NCBI GenBank assembly: GCA_965248535.1
Contig: CBDFJR010000005.1
Coordinates: forward strand, 2,304,001 to 2,368,000
Reading direction: 5' to 3'
DNA: 64,000 bases
DNA from: Phormidesmis sp.
GTDB taxonomy: Bacteria > Cyanobacteriota > Cyanobacteriia > Leptolyngbyales > Leptolyngbyaceae
In this document: in pieces, positions 50,235 to 61,300 of the stretch
Layout: each line of letters begins with the position of its first letter
How positions within the stretch are numbered: the stretch's first letter is position 1
The notes under the pieces: model-generated
Databases searched by the model: none
The model's input: only the letters and a program-made list of their open reading frames with translations
Told to the model about the DNA's origin: nothing
Made by a program: the position numbers and the translations under genes

Positions 50235-50926
50235 CCTTCAAGTATTGGTGAGAACCCAAGCTCGATCGCAATAGACCTATTGTTGTTCAATGAGCGGGCA
50301 GCTTGTTTCTGATTAAAAGTCTTCTGAAGCCATTGTGTGAACCTGATGGTCGTCTTGGTTAGAGCAACTAAAGACTGGTTTATGGCTGGATCGCTAATCG
50401 GTAACGCGATCTCAGCAGGGTGTAAGAAATGACAATAGAATAGCAAATGGTTCGGTTCAGTATCTAAGACCGCGAGTGGTAGCTCATAGTAACCATCTTG
50501 GAGGTTGCAATGCTTGAGATCGCGAATTAGCTCCTCATAGCGGCAAAAGCCCCGCACCGTCACCAATTCCTGCTCTTCTGACACCTCATGTAGTACATAA
50601 AAGTGCGCTGTCAGCTTAGGTTGCTCGACTACAGCTTGAGGAATTCGCACGGTTTCATCTAAAATATGCTCGACGGCAATTAGACAAAGTGTGAACCCAC
50701 ACGCCTCAATATAACAAGCAGAGTCAGTGAGTTTAGTCGATCGCTCAACAGCTTTTTCTGGTAATCGGTCTCTCAACCACTGCTCAAAACCCAGTAATGC
50801 CAGCGCGTTTAAATAGCTTTCCCACTGTTGCGCTTCGGGCGATGAGCAATTACTCATTGCTTTTGCCTGTTCAATTTGTTCAGGCTCTAGCCAAATCATT
50901 TCTGACAACAACAGTCTAGAATTCAT
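50186..50926 (-). CDS. DUF1822-family protein, apparently C-terminally truncated
   Basis: QQWESYLNALALLGFEQWL...AHFYV...EEQELVTVRGF; the tail loses family character and overlaps a convergent ORF. Confidence 0.75.
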   Translation of the reverse strand: MNSRLLLSEMIWLEPEQIEQAKAMSNCSSPEAQQWESYLNALALLGFEQWLRDRLPEKAVERSTKLTDSACYIEACGFTLCLIAVEHILDETVRIPQAVVEQPKLTAHFYVLHEVSEEQELVTVRGFCRYEELIRDLKHCNLQDGYYELPLAVLDTEPNHLLFYCHFLHPAEIALPISDPAINQSLVALTKTTIRFTQWLQKTFNQKQAARSLNNNRSIAIELGFSPILEGYHCSFSRSSCSSGLD

Positions 50927-52359
50927 TTCGGTTCCCCCTGCATATCATTGAGATAAATACGAAGCTGGTGGGCGTAAACGCTTTTGAATGAACGACTTTG
51001 ACCCGCTCTCATTTCTTCCGCTGCCGCTTGAAAGATTTCTTCATCAGCAGCAGTCTCAATCTGCTCTGCTAAAGTTCTCACATAGTTGGGTTCGAGTGGC
51101 GTTTGGGCGAACCCTTTTTGCTGCGCCTGATCCAACACACGATCAAACACCCGTTGCACGGTCAGCGTCCGTACTTTGTTGAGCAAGTCTCCAGGATTTA
51201 AAACTCGTCTCGCTTGATCCCAACTGCTCATGCCCAACATCGGCGCAATCTCTTTGAGAGACAAGCCTTGATCATAGTAGAGACGCAAGCCTGGAATGAA
51301 TTGGGGAGCTAGGGGCGCGTACTTTTTGCTGCGTTTTAAAGCAGCAATGCGATCGTGCAGTTCTTGGGCAATTCCATCATTCAGCGCCAGATCAAGCTGT
51401 TGATGAAAAAACATCAGCATCTCTTGCTGCTCAAGATGGGTCTCATCTGGGGCGCTGCTTGGTAAATCTGACCGGATAGTGTTATGCCCTGTATCAGCGT
51501 CGCGAACTTCTAGCGGGACGCGATGCGACCAAATATCATACTGCCTAAGCTGAGTAGCCACGAGCTTTAGGGCTGACATTAACTCAGCCGCCACAGAAAT
51601 CTCCACGTTCTTTGCCCGCAAGTCAACTATCATTTCTTGCAGTTGCTCGATTGAAGGGTCTAGGCAGCGCTTACTCTTGGCGATTTGCTGTCGGCGATCG
51701 CGGCGATAAACTTCATGGAACACACTAACTAGATGACGATCGCGCTCAGATAGCCGCTCTAATTGGTGAGGTCTAGCGCGGTTTAGCAGCGCCCAATCGC
51801 TGAGATGCTGAAAGCCAAATTCCGCTAGAAACTGTTTAAGCTCCGTATTCTGTTTCGTTTGCAGATGCGTCCAATTGTCTAAACTCAATCTGGGTTGAGC
51901 CTCAGACCTAAACGTCCGCAACACTTCAACCGAAAAAAACTGATAGGTTGATACTTGAGGCTGCTTGTCGCCCATCAGGACAAATTGGACTTTGCGATCG
52001 TGATCAAGAATGACTTGCGTTTTTCCGTCATCATTTAACACAAAGGGCAGCAAATCTCGGTAAGTGAAAGATTTATCGCTACCGAAGAGATGATCGATCG
52101 TGTGGCAAGCCTTGAGAATAGAGGTAGACACATAACACCTGAGGCAAAGCCCAGCCTGCGCTTGAGTGCTGTCAGTCACTGTAGAGCTTTTGGCATGAAA
52201 GTAGGACAGTAACGCAGATCGAACGGCTCCATCTTGAACACTCGGAATATGGTTCTGAGCAAATTCTTGTGCTGAGGGAATCAAACAGTTTTTATACCCT
52301 AAAGTCTCGCTAGCAGGACTAATACACCAAATATTCCAGTACCGTGATGAAAGCAGCAT
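50923..52359 (-). CDS. Cyanobacterial sigma-like/HTH protein that typically precedes DUF1822
   Basis: LCLRCYVS, LPFVLNDDG, SDWALLN, LYYDQGLSLKEIAPMLG HTH. Confidence 0.75.
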   Translation of the reverse strand: MLLSSRYWNIWCISPASETLGYKNCLIPSAQEFAQNHIPSVQDGAVRSALLSYFHAKSSTVTDSTQAQAGLCLRCYVSTSILKACHTIDHLFGSDKSFTYRDLLPFVLNDDGKTQVILDHDRKVQFVLMGDKQPQVSTYQFFSVEVLRTFRSEAQPRLSLDNWTHLQTKQNTELKQFLAEFGFQHLSDWALLNRARPHQLERLSERDRHLVSVFHEVYRRDRRQQIAKSKRCLDPSIEQLQEMIVDLRAKNVEISVAAELMSALKLVATQLRQYDIWSHRVPLEVRDADTGHNTIRSDLPSSAPDETHLEQQEMLMFFHQQLDLALNDGIAQELHDRIAALKRSKKYAPLAPQFIPGLRLYYDQGLSLKEIAPMLGMSSWDQARRVLNPGDLLNKVRTLTVQRVFDRVLDQAQQKGFAQTPLEPNYVRTLAEQIETAADEEIFQAAAEEMRAGQSRSFKSVYAHQLRIYLNDMQGEPK

Positions 52360-52865
52360 AGAGTTTGCGCTCCTGAAAGTTACTAGAGTTCTCCGTGTCA
52401 GTGCTGATCAATCTGCCCGTTGTTGTGTGTTGCCCATAAGATGAATGAGTTGATAGATGAAATTTAAGATAAATCGAAGGAAACGGTCATCGCTCTAGTG
52501 CTGAATGCGCCAAACAACTGATTGTTTTCAGTTCACTTCAAACAATCACTCTTGAAAATACGCTTTAGTATCGAGGTTGTGTTGCCCTAACCAGAGAGTT
52601 TAGATGGTTGCTTTTCTCTGTTTCTAAATTTCTACAGTAGGGTAATTCTTTCAGCATTACATTCACCTACACGGAAAGTAACTTTCCAATATTGGAAATC
52701 GAGATCGAGGACGACTCTAAGCGCTAGAAGTCTGACTGAGTAATCTTTTTAGAAAGGCGATCGAACAGAATCTTCATAATAACCACTGATGTATTGATTA
52801 AAAACCTATCCTTGGAGAGAGGCATAATGCGGTAGCTTACCAGAATTTCACGCCGCACAATGAAC

Positions 52866-52979
52866 TCAATTCCCCGCAGCTTTTACAGCGTCTCCACGAT
52901 TAAGTTGAGTTACCGTAGAAGACTCAGGATCAGGGCTTCGGCGAACATTAATATTATTGTTGTTGATAAAGCTGCACAT
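52866..52979 (-). pseudogene. SH3b-domain gene fragment
   Basis: MCSFINNNNINVRRSPDPESSTVTQLNRGDAVKA*. Confidence 0.45.
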
Positions 52980-53364
52980 GGTGTTGTTCTCAGCCTCAAC
53001 TTAGTAAGTAGCTAGGTGAAATTAAATATAGATAAATAAATTGCCGTAAACCTACCGAAATGATGCCTGCCCCGCTCTGGCTTACGCCTTCCCATCCAGA
53101 GCCGACCGAAACGATATCCGCCAAAGCTTAACTGACCGATCGCGCCGACCACAAACAACAGGACTACGGTAAGGTGCGATCGCCAGCGCTACTAGCACTG
53201 TAGAGACAGGCACTAACCCAATAAAACAACACAAAACAAGATGCCCGAACTCAGCCAAAGCAGCCAGACTGCAACCGCGTTGGACGCAAGCTTAGTCCAA
53301 CTTTTTCGGCATTGTTCCGATTGATTACTTGCTTGCGCCATAAGCCGGAAACTGAATGCTTTGC

Positions 53365-53445
53365 TGTGACAATCGCTGACATCAATTGCTCAATGTTCCA
53401 GCCGCGATACCGAATGCCATTAATAAACAAAGCTGGGGCAGTCGT
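53365..53445 (-). pseudogene. DsbA/thioredoxin-like C-terminal fragment
   Basis: TAPALFINGIRYRGWNIEQLMSAI. Confidence 0.45.
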
Positions 53446-53535
53446 TATGGGGTTATGCAAAAAAGAACAAGAACCTCGATCGCCAAAAGGAGAGCGGTAA
53501 TGAAGTTCAGCAGAACCATCACGGAGTACTGACTT

Positions 53536-54414
53536 TTACTTCACAGTGGCAGTGGCAGCCGCTTCGATCAGTTTGACAACTTCATTGGGATGAGAAATAA
53601 AGGGCACATGACTCGCTTTAATTTCGGCTGTTTTGGCACCGATGCGTTTAGCCATAAAGCGCTCCAGATCAGGGTTAATAGCTCGGTCTTCTTGAGCCAC
53701 GAGATACCAGGAGGGAATTGTCTTCCAGGCAACATTACTCACTGCTTGGTCAAAAGCCACACTCGCGATCGGCTTTTGCGTCGCTGCCATCACACGCGCC
53801 TCGGCGGTTGAAACATCTTTAGCAAAGACCTCGTGAAACTTTTCACGATTGATGTAGAGGAAGCCTGCCGTATCAGGCACCAATGCCGTGTTGAGTGGAG
53901 GGGCAGCGTATTTAGCACCTAACTCACTAATTTTTTCGCCTGCCTCCGGTACATAGGCAGCAAGATAAACCAGTGCCTTAACCTGTGGGTTGCCCGCCGC
54001 CGCACCTGTAATCACGCTGCCACCATAGGAGTGTCCGACGACAACTACTGCACCCTTTTGGGCATCAATCACCCGCTTGGTTGTGGCAACGTCGTCTGGA
54101 AGGGAGGTGAGCGCGTTCTGCACTGCCGTCACAGTGTAACCATCACGTTCTAAAAGCGGAATGACGTGTTGCCATGAGGTGGCATCCGCAAAGGCACCAT
54201 GCGCCAGCACGATCGAGGGTTTGGCGATCGCCGTTTGAGCTAACGGCTGTGCCGCGACTGCCTCGGAATGGCGCATTGATAGACCGACTACAGCACTAAT
54301 AGCGAGTGCCAAAATGAGCACAAATCCTTGAATTTTCTTTTTCGTTAAAAGCATTGTTTTGATAGCTTGTGTAGGGTTTGTTGAGTTGCTTGTCAGACGA
54401 GCGATCGCGCCCAC
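53536..54414 (-). CDS. Secreted alpha/beta hydrolase
   Basis: Signal peptide, HGAFAD, GHSYGG, DRAI, SHVP; the start is probably MLLTKK. Confidence 0.9.
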   Translation of the reverse strand: MGAIARLTSNSTNPTQAIKTMLLTKKKIQGFVLILALAISAVVGLSMRHSEAVAAQPLAQTAIAKPSIVLAHGAFADATSWQHVIPLLERDGYTVTAVQNALTSLPDDVATTKRVIDAQKGAVVVVGHSYGGSVITGAAAGNPQVKALVYLAAYVPEAGEKISELGAKYAAPPLNTALVPDTAGFLYINREKFHEVFAKDVSTAEARVMAATQKPIASVAFDQAVSNVAWKTIPSWYLVAQEDRAINPDLERFMAKRIGAKTAEIKASHVPFISHPNEVVKLIEAAATATVK

Positions 54415-54483
54415 TTGACTAGAACTATCTTCACATCAGGTCAGCCGCGATCGAGACGACAACTGAACCGTCTTTGATTTACG

Positions 54484-55233
54484 TCAACGAAGACCACCTG
54501 TGACGTGTAGTGTTTCGCCAGTAATCCAGGCTGAATCAGAGGACGCGAAGAAAACGGCCACAGTTGCAATGTCCTGTGGCTGCCCAATCCGACCCAGTGG
54601 GGTTTGCGCTTCAGCCTGCTGGCGACCTTCGCTCTCGATGATTCCCGCCGTGTGAGTCCTCTCCGTTTCTACCATGCCAGGATTGATGGCGTTGACGCGG
54701 ATGTGGCGTGAACCTAACTCTTGGGCAAGTGACTTCGTGACGGCATCAACTGCCACTTTGGTCGCGCTATAGACCGCGCCGTTCGGGGGCGTGAGGGTGC
54801 TGACGATCGAACTGATATTGATCACGCTACCGCCTGCGGGCCCGAAGTGCTTTGCCGCTTCCTGCGAGGTGAGGAGCAACCCCAGCACATTCAAATTAAA
54901 CTGCTTGTGGAAGTGTTCTTCTGTAATGTCTTCCAGTGGGGCAAATTCATAAATACCAGCATTATTGACCAGAATATCCAATGTGCCAAACGTCTGCTGT
55001 GTCTGGGCAAACAGCCGTTCGATCTCTGTCTTTTTGGCAACATCTGCCTGGATGGAGATCGCCTTGCCGCCCGCTTTAGCAATTTCATCAACGACGCGAT
55101 CGGCTCCTTCTTTGCTAGATGCGTAGTTGACAACAACGGCTACACCTTCGGCTGCCAGATATTTGGCGATCGAAGCTCCAATGCCTTTGGATACGACCGT
55201 AACGACTGCAATTTTTCCTTCAAGTTTTTTCAT
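54484..55233 (-). CDS. SDR-family oxidoreductase
   Basis: NNAG, YSATK, PLGRIG; glycine motif reads TVVSKGIG. Confidence 0.9.
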   Translation of the reverse strand: MKKLEGKIAVVTVVSKGIGASIAKYLAAEGVAVVVNYASSKEGADRVVDEIAKAGGKAISIQADVAKKTEIERLFAQTQQTFGTLDILVNNAGIYEFAPLEDITEEHFHKQFNLNVLGLLLTSQEAAKHFGPAGGSVINISSIVSTLTPPNGAVYSATKVAVDAVTKSLAQELGSRHIRVNAINPGMVETERTHTAGIIESEGRQQAEAQTPLGRIGQPQDIATVAVFFASSDSAWITGETLHVTGGLR

Positions 55234-55306
55234 GATGATGAGTTTTGTAGTGATTGAGTTTGAAAAAGTTATCTAAAGCAGATTGCAAAAACATGAGAAG
55301 ATACCC

Positions 55307-55342
55307 CTGCTGATCTGTGCCATTCATGGCACAGATCAGCAG
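55307..55342. terminator. Long perfect hairpin between the hydrolase and SDR genes
   Basis: CTGCTGATCTGTGCCAT-TC-ATGGCACAGATCAGCAG. Confidence 0.6.
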
Positions 55343-55349
55343 ATTAGTG

Positions 55350-56171
55350 TCACCCCTTGAGGAACGACAGTAGGTCTGAATTGAGATGTTCTTTGTGCGT
55401 GTCGGTTAGCCCGTGGGGTGCACCTGGATAAACCTTCAGGATGGCATTCTTCACAAGTTTTGATGAGATGAGAGCCGAAGTACCGATCGGCACGATTTGG
55501 TCATCGTCGCCGTGAATGATCAACGTCGGCACGTCAATTTTTTTGAGATCCTCGGTGAAGTCCGTCTCGGAGAACGCTTTGATGCAGTCGATCGCGCCTT
55601 TGAGACCAACCTGCATACTCCAAAGCCAGAACTGCTCCCGCAGACCTTGCGAGACTTTAGCACCCGATCGGTTAGCACCGTAGAACGGTTCGCTAACATC
55701 CTTATAGAACTGAGAACGATCGTGAGCGACACTGGCGCGAAAGCCATCAAAAACCTCGATCGGGATTCCGTCAGGATTAGCGTTGGTCTTCAACATCAGC
55801 GGTGGCACTGCGTCTACCAGCACGGCTTTGGCGACGCGCTTTGTGCCGTGGCGACCCATGTAGCGGGTGATTTCGCCGCCGCCCGTCGAGTGTCCAATCA
55901 AAACCACGTCTTTTAAATCCAGCATCTCAATCAGTGCTGCCAGGTCATCGGCGTAGGTGTCCATCTCGTTGCCGTTCCAAGACTGGCTTGATCGTCCATG
56001 CCCGCGACGATCGTGGGCGATGCAGCGGTAACCCTTAGATGCCAGGAAAAACAGTTGCCCATCCCAGGCATCAGCATTGAGCGGCCAACCGTGACTGAAA
56101 ACGATAGGTTGTCCTGTGCCCCAGTCTTTGTAGTAAATCTGCGTACCATCCTTGGTAGTGATTGTACTCAT
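55350..56171 (-). CDS. cpo: Non-heme chloroperoxidase / perhydrolase-type alpha/beta hydrolase
   Basis: [39 protein letters not shown]. Confidence 0.9.
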   Translation of the reverse strand: MSTITTKDGTQIYYKDWGTGQPIVFSHGWPLNADAWDGQLFFLASKGYRCIAHDRRGHGRSSQSWNGNEMDTYADDLAALIEMLDLKDVVLIGHSTGGGEITRYMGRHGTKRVAKAVLVDAVPPLMLKTNANPDGIPIEVFDGFRASVAHDRSQFYKDVSEPFYGANRSGAKVSQGLREQFWLWSMQVGLKGAIDCIKAFSETDFTEDLKKIDVPTLIIHGDDDQIVPIGTSALISSKLVKNAILKVYPGAPHGLTDTHKEHLNSDLLSFLKG

Positions 56172-57219
56172 GTGGCTCCTAATGTATGTAAGGTCGAAAG
56201 TTTTTAAGTCTGTATCCAGTTCAAATAGTCAAAACGACCGCATCCACGGCAATCGATTATTGCTGTATGGCTGATCTCGATCGGCTTATGGTGATCGTCT
56301 GATTAGTGGCGAAGAGGGGTCTCTTGACGTTCAATTAATTGTACTCATTCTCCAACATTTGCCTCATTTAGAACACTTAAGTTCATTGAGTTAAGCGGCG
56401 AGTTGGTCTTTCTCTGTCTAAAGACAGGTCTTTGAAGGAGGCGCAGTTAAAAGCGAACCCGGTTCTTGAAATTTGCTGCCCTCTCTATACTTCCTACAAC
56501 CTGTTGCGATGGAATATGTCACAGAGCGATTTATTCAGCAGGTTTGTACAAAATTTGAGACTTCTCAGATCGATATCTTGTGGAGTCATCCCCTGATTCG
56601 AGTCTACGCAAAAGACTATAGTCGAGAGATCTAAATTTCCCAAAATGGGGGACTTTGAGTGGGTTTTACTATTGGGGGTGATACCTTCAGCACATTCGAT
56701 CTCTATGTTCATATGTGACGTTGCCTTGCCACCTGTGATAAAGTTGCACAGGCATCCGATGGCTTAAAAATTGTCAACGATGATTACAGCATGAACAGGA
56801 TCATCAATAAAAAATGACTTCCGTGTATTTTTTCCTGTATTTCTCGCTTCCTTTGTCAAATTTTTCATAAGATTCTGAGATATTCTCAAGACTAATTCCT
56901 GGCATCTTGACTTCCTCAATCGGCATCTTCCAGTCTTTTGAAGTTAGAAAATTTTGGACTGGCGGTTTGATTGACCCTATATTAGGAACCAACGAAACCA
57001 CAGGAGCGACAGTGCCTAGTTTGTGATCAGTCACCTAAATGTATTCCCAATTTTGAGTCATTCACAAATTTTATTTGCCTTGGTTCCAAGGCAATGACTC
57101 TCAATTAGGCTAGAATCTCTAAAGCTTCTAGTTGACTAGTTAGATCGTTAGAAAATTCTATTCTTAGGTGGTTCTTTTTTGATGTATGCTGACTGGGCTG
57201 TCATCTATTTTGTAATTTA

Positions 57220-57822
57220 GTGGGTTTTCACTCTATGTCACGAAACTCTAATGACTTATCTCCGACAGAAAAAATCAAGGTTGCTTTAGATTGCTTACAT
57301 CGTGAATTGCTGGGTGATTCTAACGCGAGCAAGACGGTCGCTCAGAAATATGACCTTTCGACTCGCAGCGTGACTATTCTAAAGAATCAAGCTTTAGAAA
57401 TACTGAAAACAGGCTTCAGTCCTTCTACAGTTGCTGACGCAGTGGTTGCAGCTTCCGTTAATGATCACGCCCTAGATCAGGCTTTGAACTCGCTTTTAAG
57501 CTCTTCTGGGTCTAAAGAATTGCAAACAGGGGAGCTAGACTCAGAACAAGAAGATGCAACTGGGATCACGATTGAGCAGGTGTTTGCTGCGATCGTAGAG
57601 TACAACAAGTCTAAAAAAGAGCCGCCGATTTACATCTCACAGGGCATTGTTCAAAAGATTAGTGGTCAGCCTACCGCAGATATTAAGGGGTGGTTTGAGG
57701 AGCATGAGCAAGAAATCAACAAGCACAACGCGAGATATGAACTGACTCCCGTTACAAACAGAAGAATTAAGCGTGGCTTTAATTACAAGGCAGAATTAGG
57801 TTTAGAGGAAGAGGAGAACTAA
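57220..57822 (+). CDS. Hypothetical, probably DNA-binding protein (N-terminal HTH)
   Basis: EKIKVALDCL...TVAQKYDLSTRSVTILKNQA; the start is probably MSRNS. Confidence 0.7.
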   Translation: MGFHSMSRNSNDLSPTEKIKVALDCLHRELLGDSNASKTVAQKYDLSTRSVTILKNQALEILKTGFSPSTVADAVVAASVNDHALDQALNSLLSSSGSKELQTGELDSEQEDATGITIEQVFAAIVEYNKSKKEPPIYISQGIVQKISGQPTADIKGWFEEHEQEINKHNARYELTPVTNRRIKRGFNYKAELGLEEEEN

Positions 57823-57913
57823 TTGTCTTGCTTCTCCTGTTCATCAGCTTTGCTCTCATGAGTTATTCATGACGAGTGGATGAAATGCACACTGAGGTCA
57901 GCATACTGAGTGC

Positions 57914-57946
57914 GAAACCGGGTAGCAAGTTGCTGCCCGGTTTTTC
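57914..57946 (+). terminator. Intrinsic terminator
   Basis: AAACCGGGTAGCAA-G-TTGCTGCCCGG followed by a T-run. Confidence 0.65.
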
Positions 57947-58309
57947 GCGACAGTCTGAAGGTGGCGCACACTCAAACGCCACGGGTCATTCGTTGCGGGT
58001 CATTCATTTTATGAAGCTCTGAAGAACTCACGATGCTCAACGTCTCCTGGGTTCTAACGACATTGATAAGAATTTTTTCTTAGAGGATGCTTGAAAAGCG
58101 TTTTCTGACATTACAGGTCTTCGATTCTCCTATATTCCCTTAAAAAGAGAGGGGCTTTGATGTCTTGTTCCCTTTTTCTGAGGGTTCTATCTTGATTCTT
58201 CTCAAAGCATTATAAAGATATCTAGATAGTGAAAATTTGATGGTTCTAAGGCGGCAGCTTTTCAAAATACCTATAGGTTTTCCTATTCACTGAGTTTGTT
58301 GGGGGAATT

Positions 58310-61300
58310 ATGTTGAAAGTGTTTGCCGATCGAGGGGGTACGTTTACCGATTTAGTGGTTGTTACCGATGATCAGTCGATCGTAGATCGGCTCTCTCAAA
58401 CCTCTAAACGGTTTCAGATTGTTGCACTCGCTGATCAACAGTGGATTATTCTCTATAAACTGCTTTCAGAACAACCCCAACAGTATCAAGATGCCGTGAT
58501 TCAGGGGATTCGAGATATCTTAGGGTTGTCTTGCCATCAACTCATCCCAGCCGGAACGGTCGAAGTGGTGAAGATGGGCACAACCGTTGCAACCAACGCA
58601 TTGCTAGAACGTCAAGGTGAGCGCACGCTGCTGCTGATCACCAAGGGATTTCGGGATGCGCTGCAAATTGGCTATCAAAACCGTCCGAATATCTTTGCCC
58701 GTCAGATTGTGTTACCTGAACGGTTGTATGAACGGGTCATTGAAGTCGATGAGCGCTACACAGCCCAAGGTGAAGACTTTGTTCCCATCACCGCTCACGA
58801 GGAAACACGATTAACTGTAGCGTTACAGCGTGCTCATAACGATGGAATTCGGGCTTGCGCGATCGTGTTCCTCCACGGCTATCGCTACCCTCAGCATGAA
58901 CAACAAGTTGCCACGATCGCTCGCAGCATTGGCTTTGTTCAAGTCTCGGTTTCTCACGACGTTAGCCCCTTGATGAAGCTGATTAGTCGAGGTGACACCA
59001 CCGTTGTAGATGCCTATCTCTCACCAATTTTGCGCCGATATGTTGATCAGGTAGGAGCCGAGTTAAATCCTGCTCTGGAACTGTCCACCAAGCTGGAATT
59101 TATGAAATCGGATGGCGGTCTCACAGATGCTCAATGGTTTCAGGGCAAAGACAGCATTCTTTCTGGGCCGGCTGGAGGCATTGTAGGAGCCGTCAAAACT
59201 AGCACAGCCGCCGGATTTGACAAAATTATTGGCTTTGATATGGGCGGCACTTCAACCGATGTATCTCACTTTAACGGCGAGTATGAGCGCACGTTTGAAA
59301 CCGAAATTGCGGGTGTCCGGCTTCGGGCCCCCATGATGTCGATTCATACCGTTGCGGCGGGTGGAGGGTCGATCGTGACCTTTGATGGTTCTCGCTGTCG
59401 TGTGGGCCCACAGTCTGCCGGAGCACATCCAGGGCCCGCTTGCTACCGCAAAGGGGGTTCGCTAACGGTGACTGACTGCAACGTGCGCTTGGGCAAGATT
59501 CAGCCAGAATTTTTCCCTCATGTGTTTGGATCTGAAGGTAACTTGCCCCTCGATCGCGATATTGTGCAGCAAAAATTCGCGACCTTGAGCGCCGAAATCC
59601 ATGAGAAAACTGGAGACTGCCGCACTGATGAACAAGTTGCAGCCGGGTTCCTGGCTATTGCGATCGACAAAATGGCCAACGCGATTAAAAAAATCTCAGT
59701 GCAACGGGGCTATGATGTGACTCAATACACGCTTTGTTGCTTTGGCGGCGCAGGCGGACAACACGCCTGCCTGATTGCCGAAGCTTTGGGAATGTCGCAG
59801 ATCTTTATTCATCCGTTTGCAGGGGTGTTGTCAGCTTATGGCATTGGTTTGGCAGATTTACGCACCTTGAAAGAAAGGACAGTCGAAACTCACCTCACCG
59901 CAGAGATAATGCCCACGCTAGAGCAGATGCTAGAGACCCTCACGGCTGACGGTCGAGCAGAAATTGCGGCTCAAGGGGTTAGGGACGATCGTATCCAAGT
60001 TCTGCTCAAAACCCGTCTGCGCTATGCAGGGACTGACTCAACTTTGCCCATCGATTTTAGTGATGCAGAGACCATGCGACTTCAGTTTGAGCAGGTCTAT
60101 CGGCAACGATATGGCTTCGTGATGCCTAACAAAGCTTTGATTGTGGAAGCTGTTTCGGTAGAAGCGATCGGGCACGCAATGCCCCTGACAGACCCACTGC
60201 TTCCCCTCAGCAGAACAACACCGCTGACCCCGATCGCTACCGTGAAAATCTACACCAAGAGCAGTTGGCACGATACGCCAGTTTATCAACGTCAGGATCT
60301 AAGACCCGGCGATCGCATCACCGGAGCCGCTCTGATTCTTGAGCCAACCGGAACAAACGTGCTCGAACCCGGATGGTGTGCGGAATTAACACAACAAAAT
60401 CACCTGGTTGTGCGGCAGACAAACCCCGTCAAGCAGGAAGATGCAGACGCAGTTGTGGTTTCGTCCTCAAGTCCCGATCCCGTTCTCTTAGAGATCTTCA
60501 ACAATCTGGTGCGCGCGATCGCTGAGGAAATGGGCGTAACGCTGCAAAACACCAGTTACTCGGTCAATATTAAAGAACGGCTAGATTTCTCTTGCGCGAT
60601 TTTTGACCACCAGGGACAGCTTGTGGCGAATGCGCCCCATATTCCGGTTCATTTAGGATCGATGAGCGAAAGCGTCAGCAGTTTAATTCGAGCTAGGGGG
60701 AACATGCTCAAACCCGGAGATGCCTATGCGTCGAACAATCCCTATAACGGCGGCACGCATTTGCCAGATATCACGGTGATCACTCCAGTATTTGTTTCAG
60801 ATGCTGTTGTTCCGATGTTTTATGTGGCTTCACGGGGGCATCACGCCGATATTGGCGGCATTACGCCCGGTTCAATGCCTCCGCACAGCACCACAATCGA
60901 CCAGGAAGGCATTTTGCTCGACAACGCGCCGATCGTAGATCAAGGACATTTCCAAGAAGCCAGATTGTTAGAATGGTTGAGCGCAGGTGATTATCCCGTT
61001 CGCAATCCTGTCCAAAACTTGGCCGACCTGCGGGCGCAGATTGCTGCCAATGAACGAGGCGTAAAAGAACTCCACCACATGGTTGAGCAGTATGGATTGG
61101 CAACTGTGCAAGTCTATATGCACCATGTTCAAGAGAATGCCGAAGCATCGGTGCGGCGGGCCATTGAGGTGCTAAAAGACGGCAGCTTTAGCTATGCAAT
61201 GGATGATGGCAGCGAGATTTGCGTCAAAATTACGATCGATCATCATACTCGCTCGGCTTGTGTTGATTTCACGGGCACTTCACCCCAACAATCCACAAAT

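Noticed and set aside
56494..57034. Two short - strand ORFs
   Set aside because: No recognisable motifs; one overlaps a dispersed repeat remnant; cannot be supported
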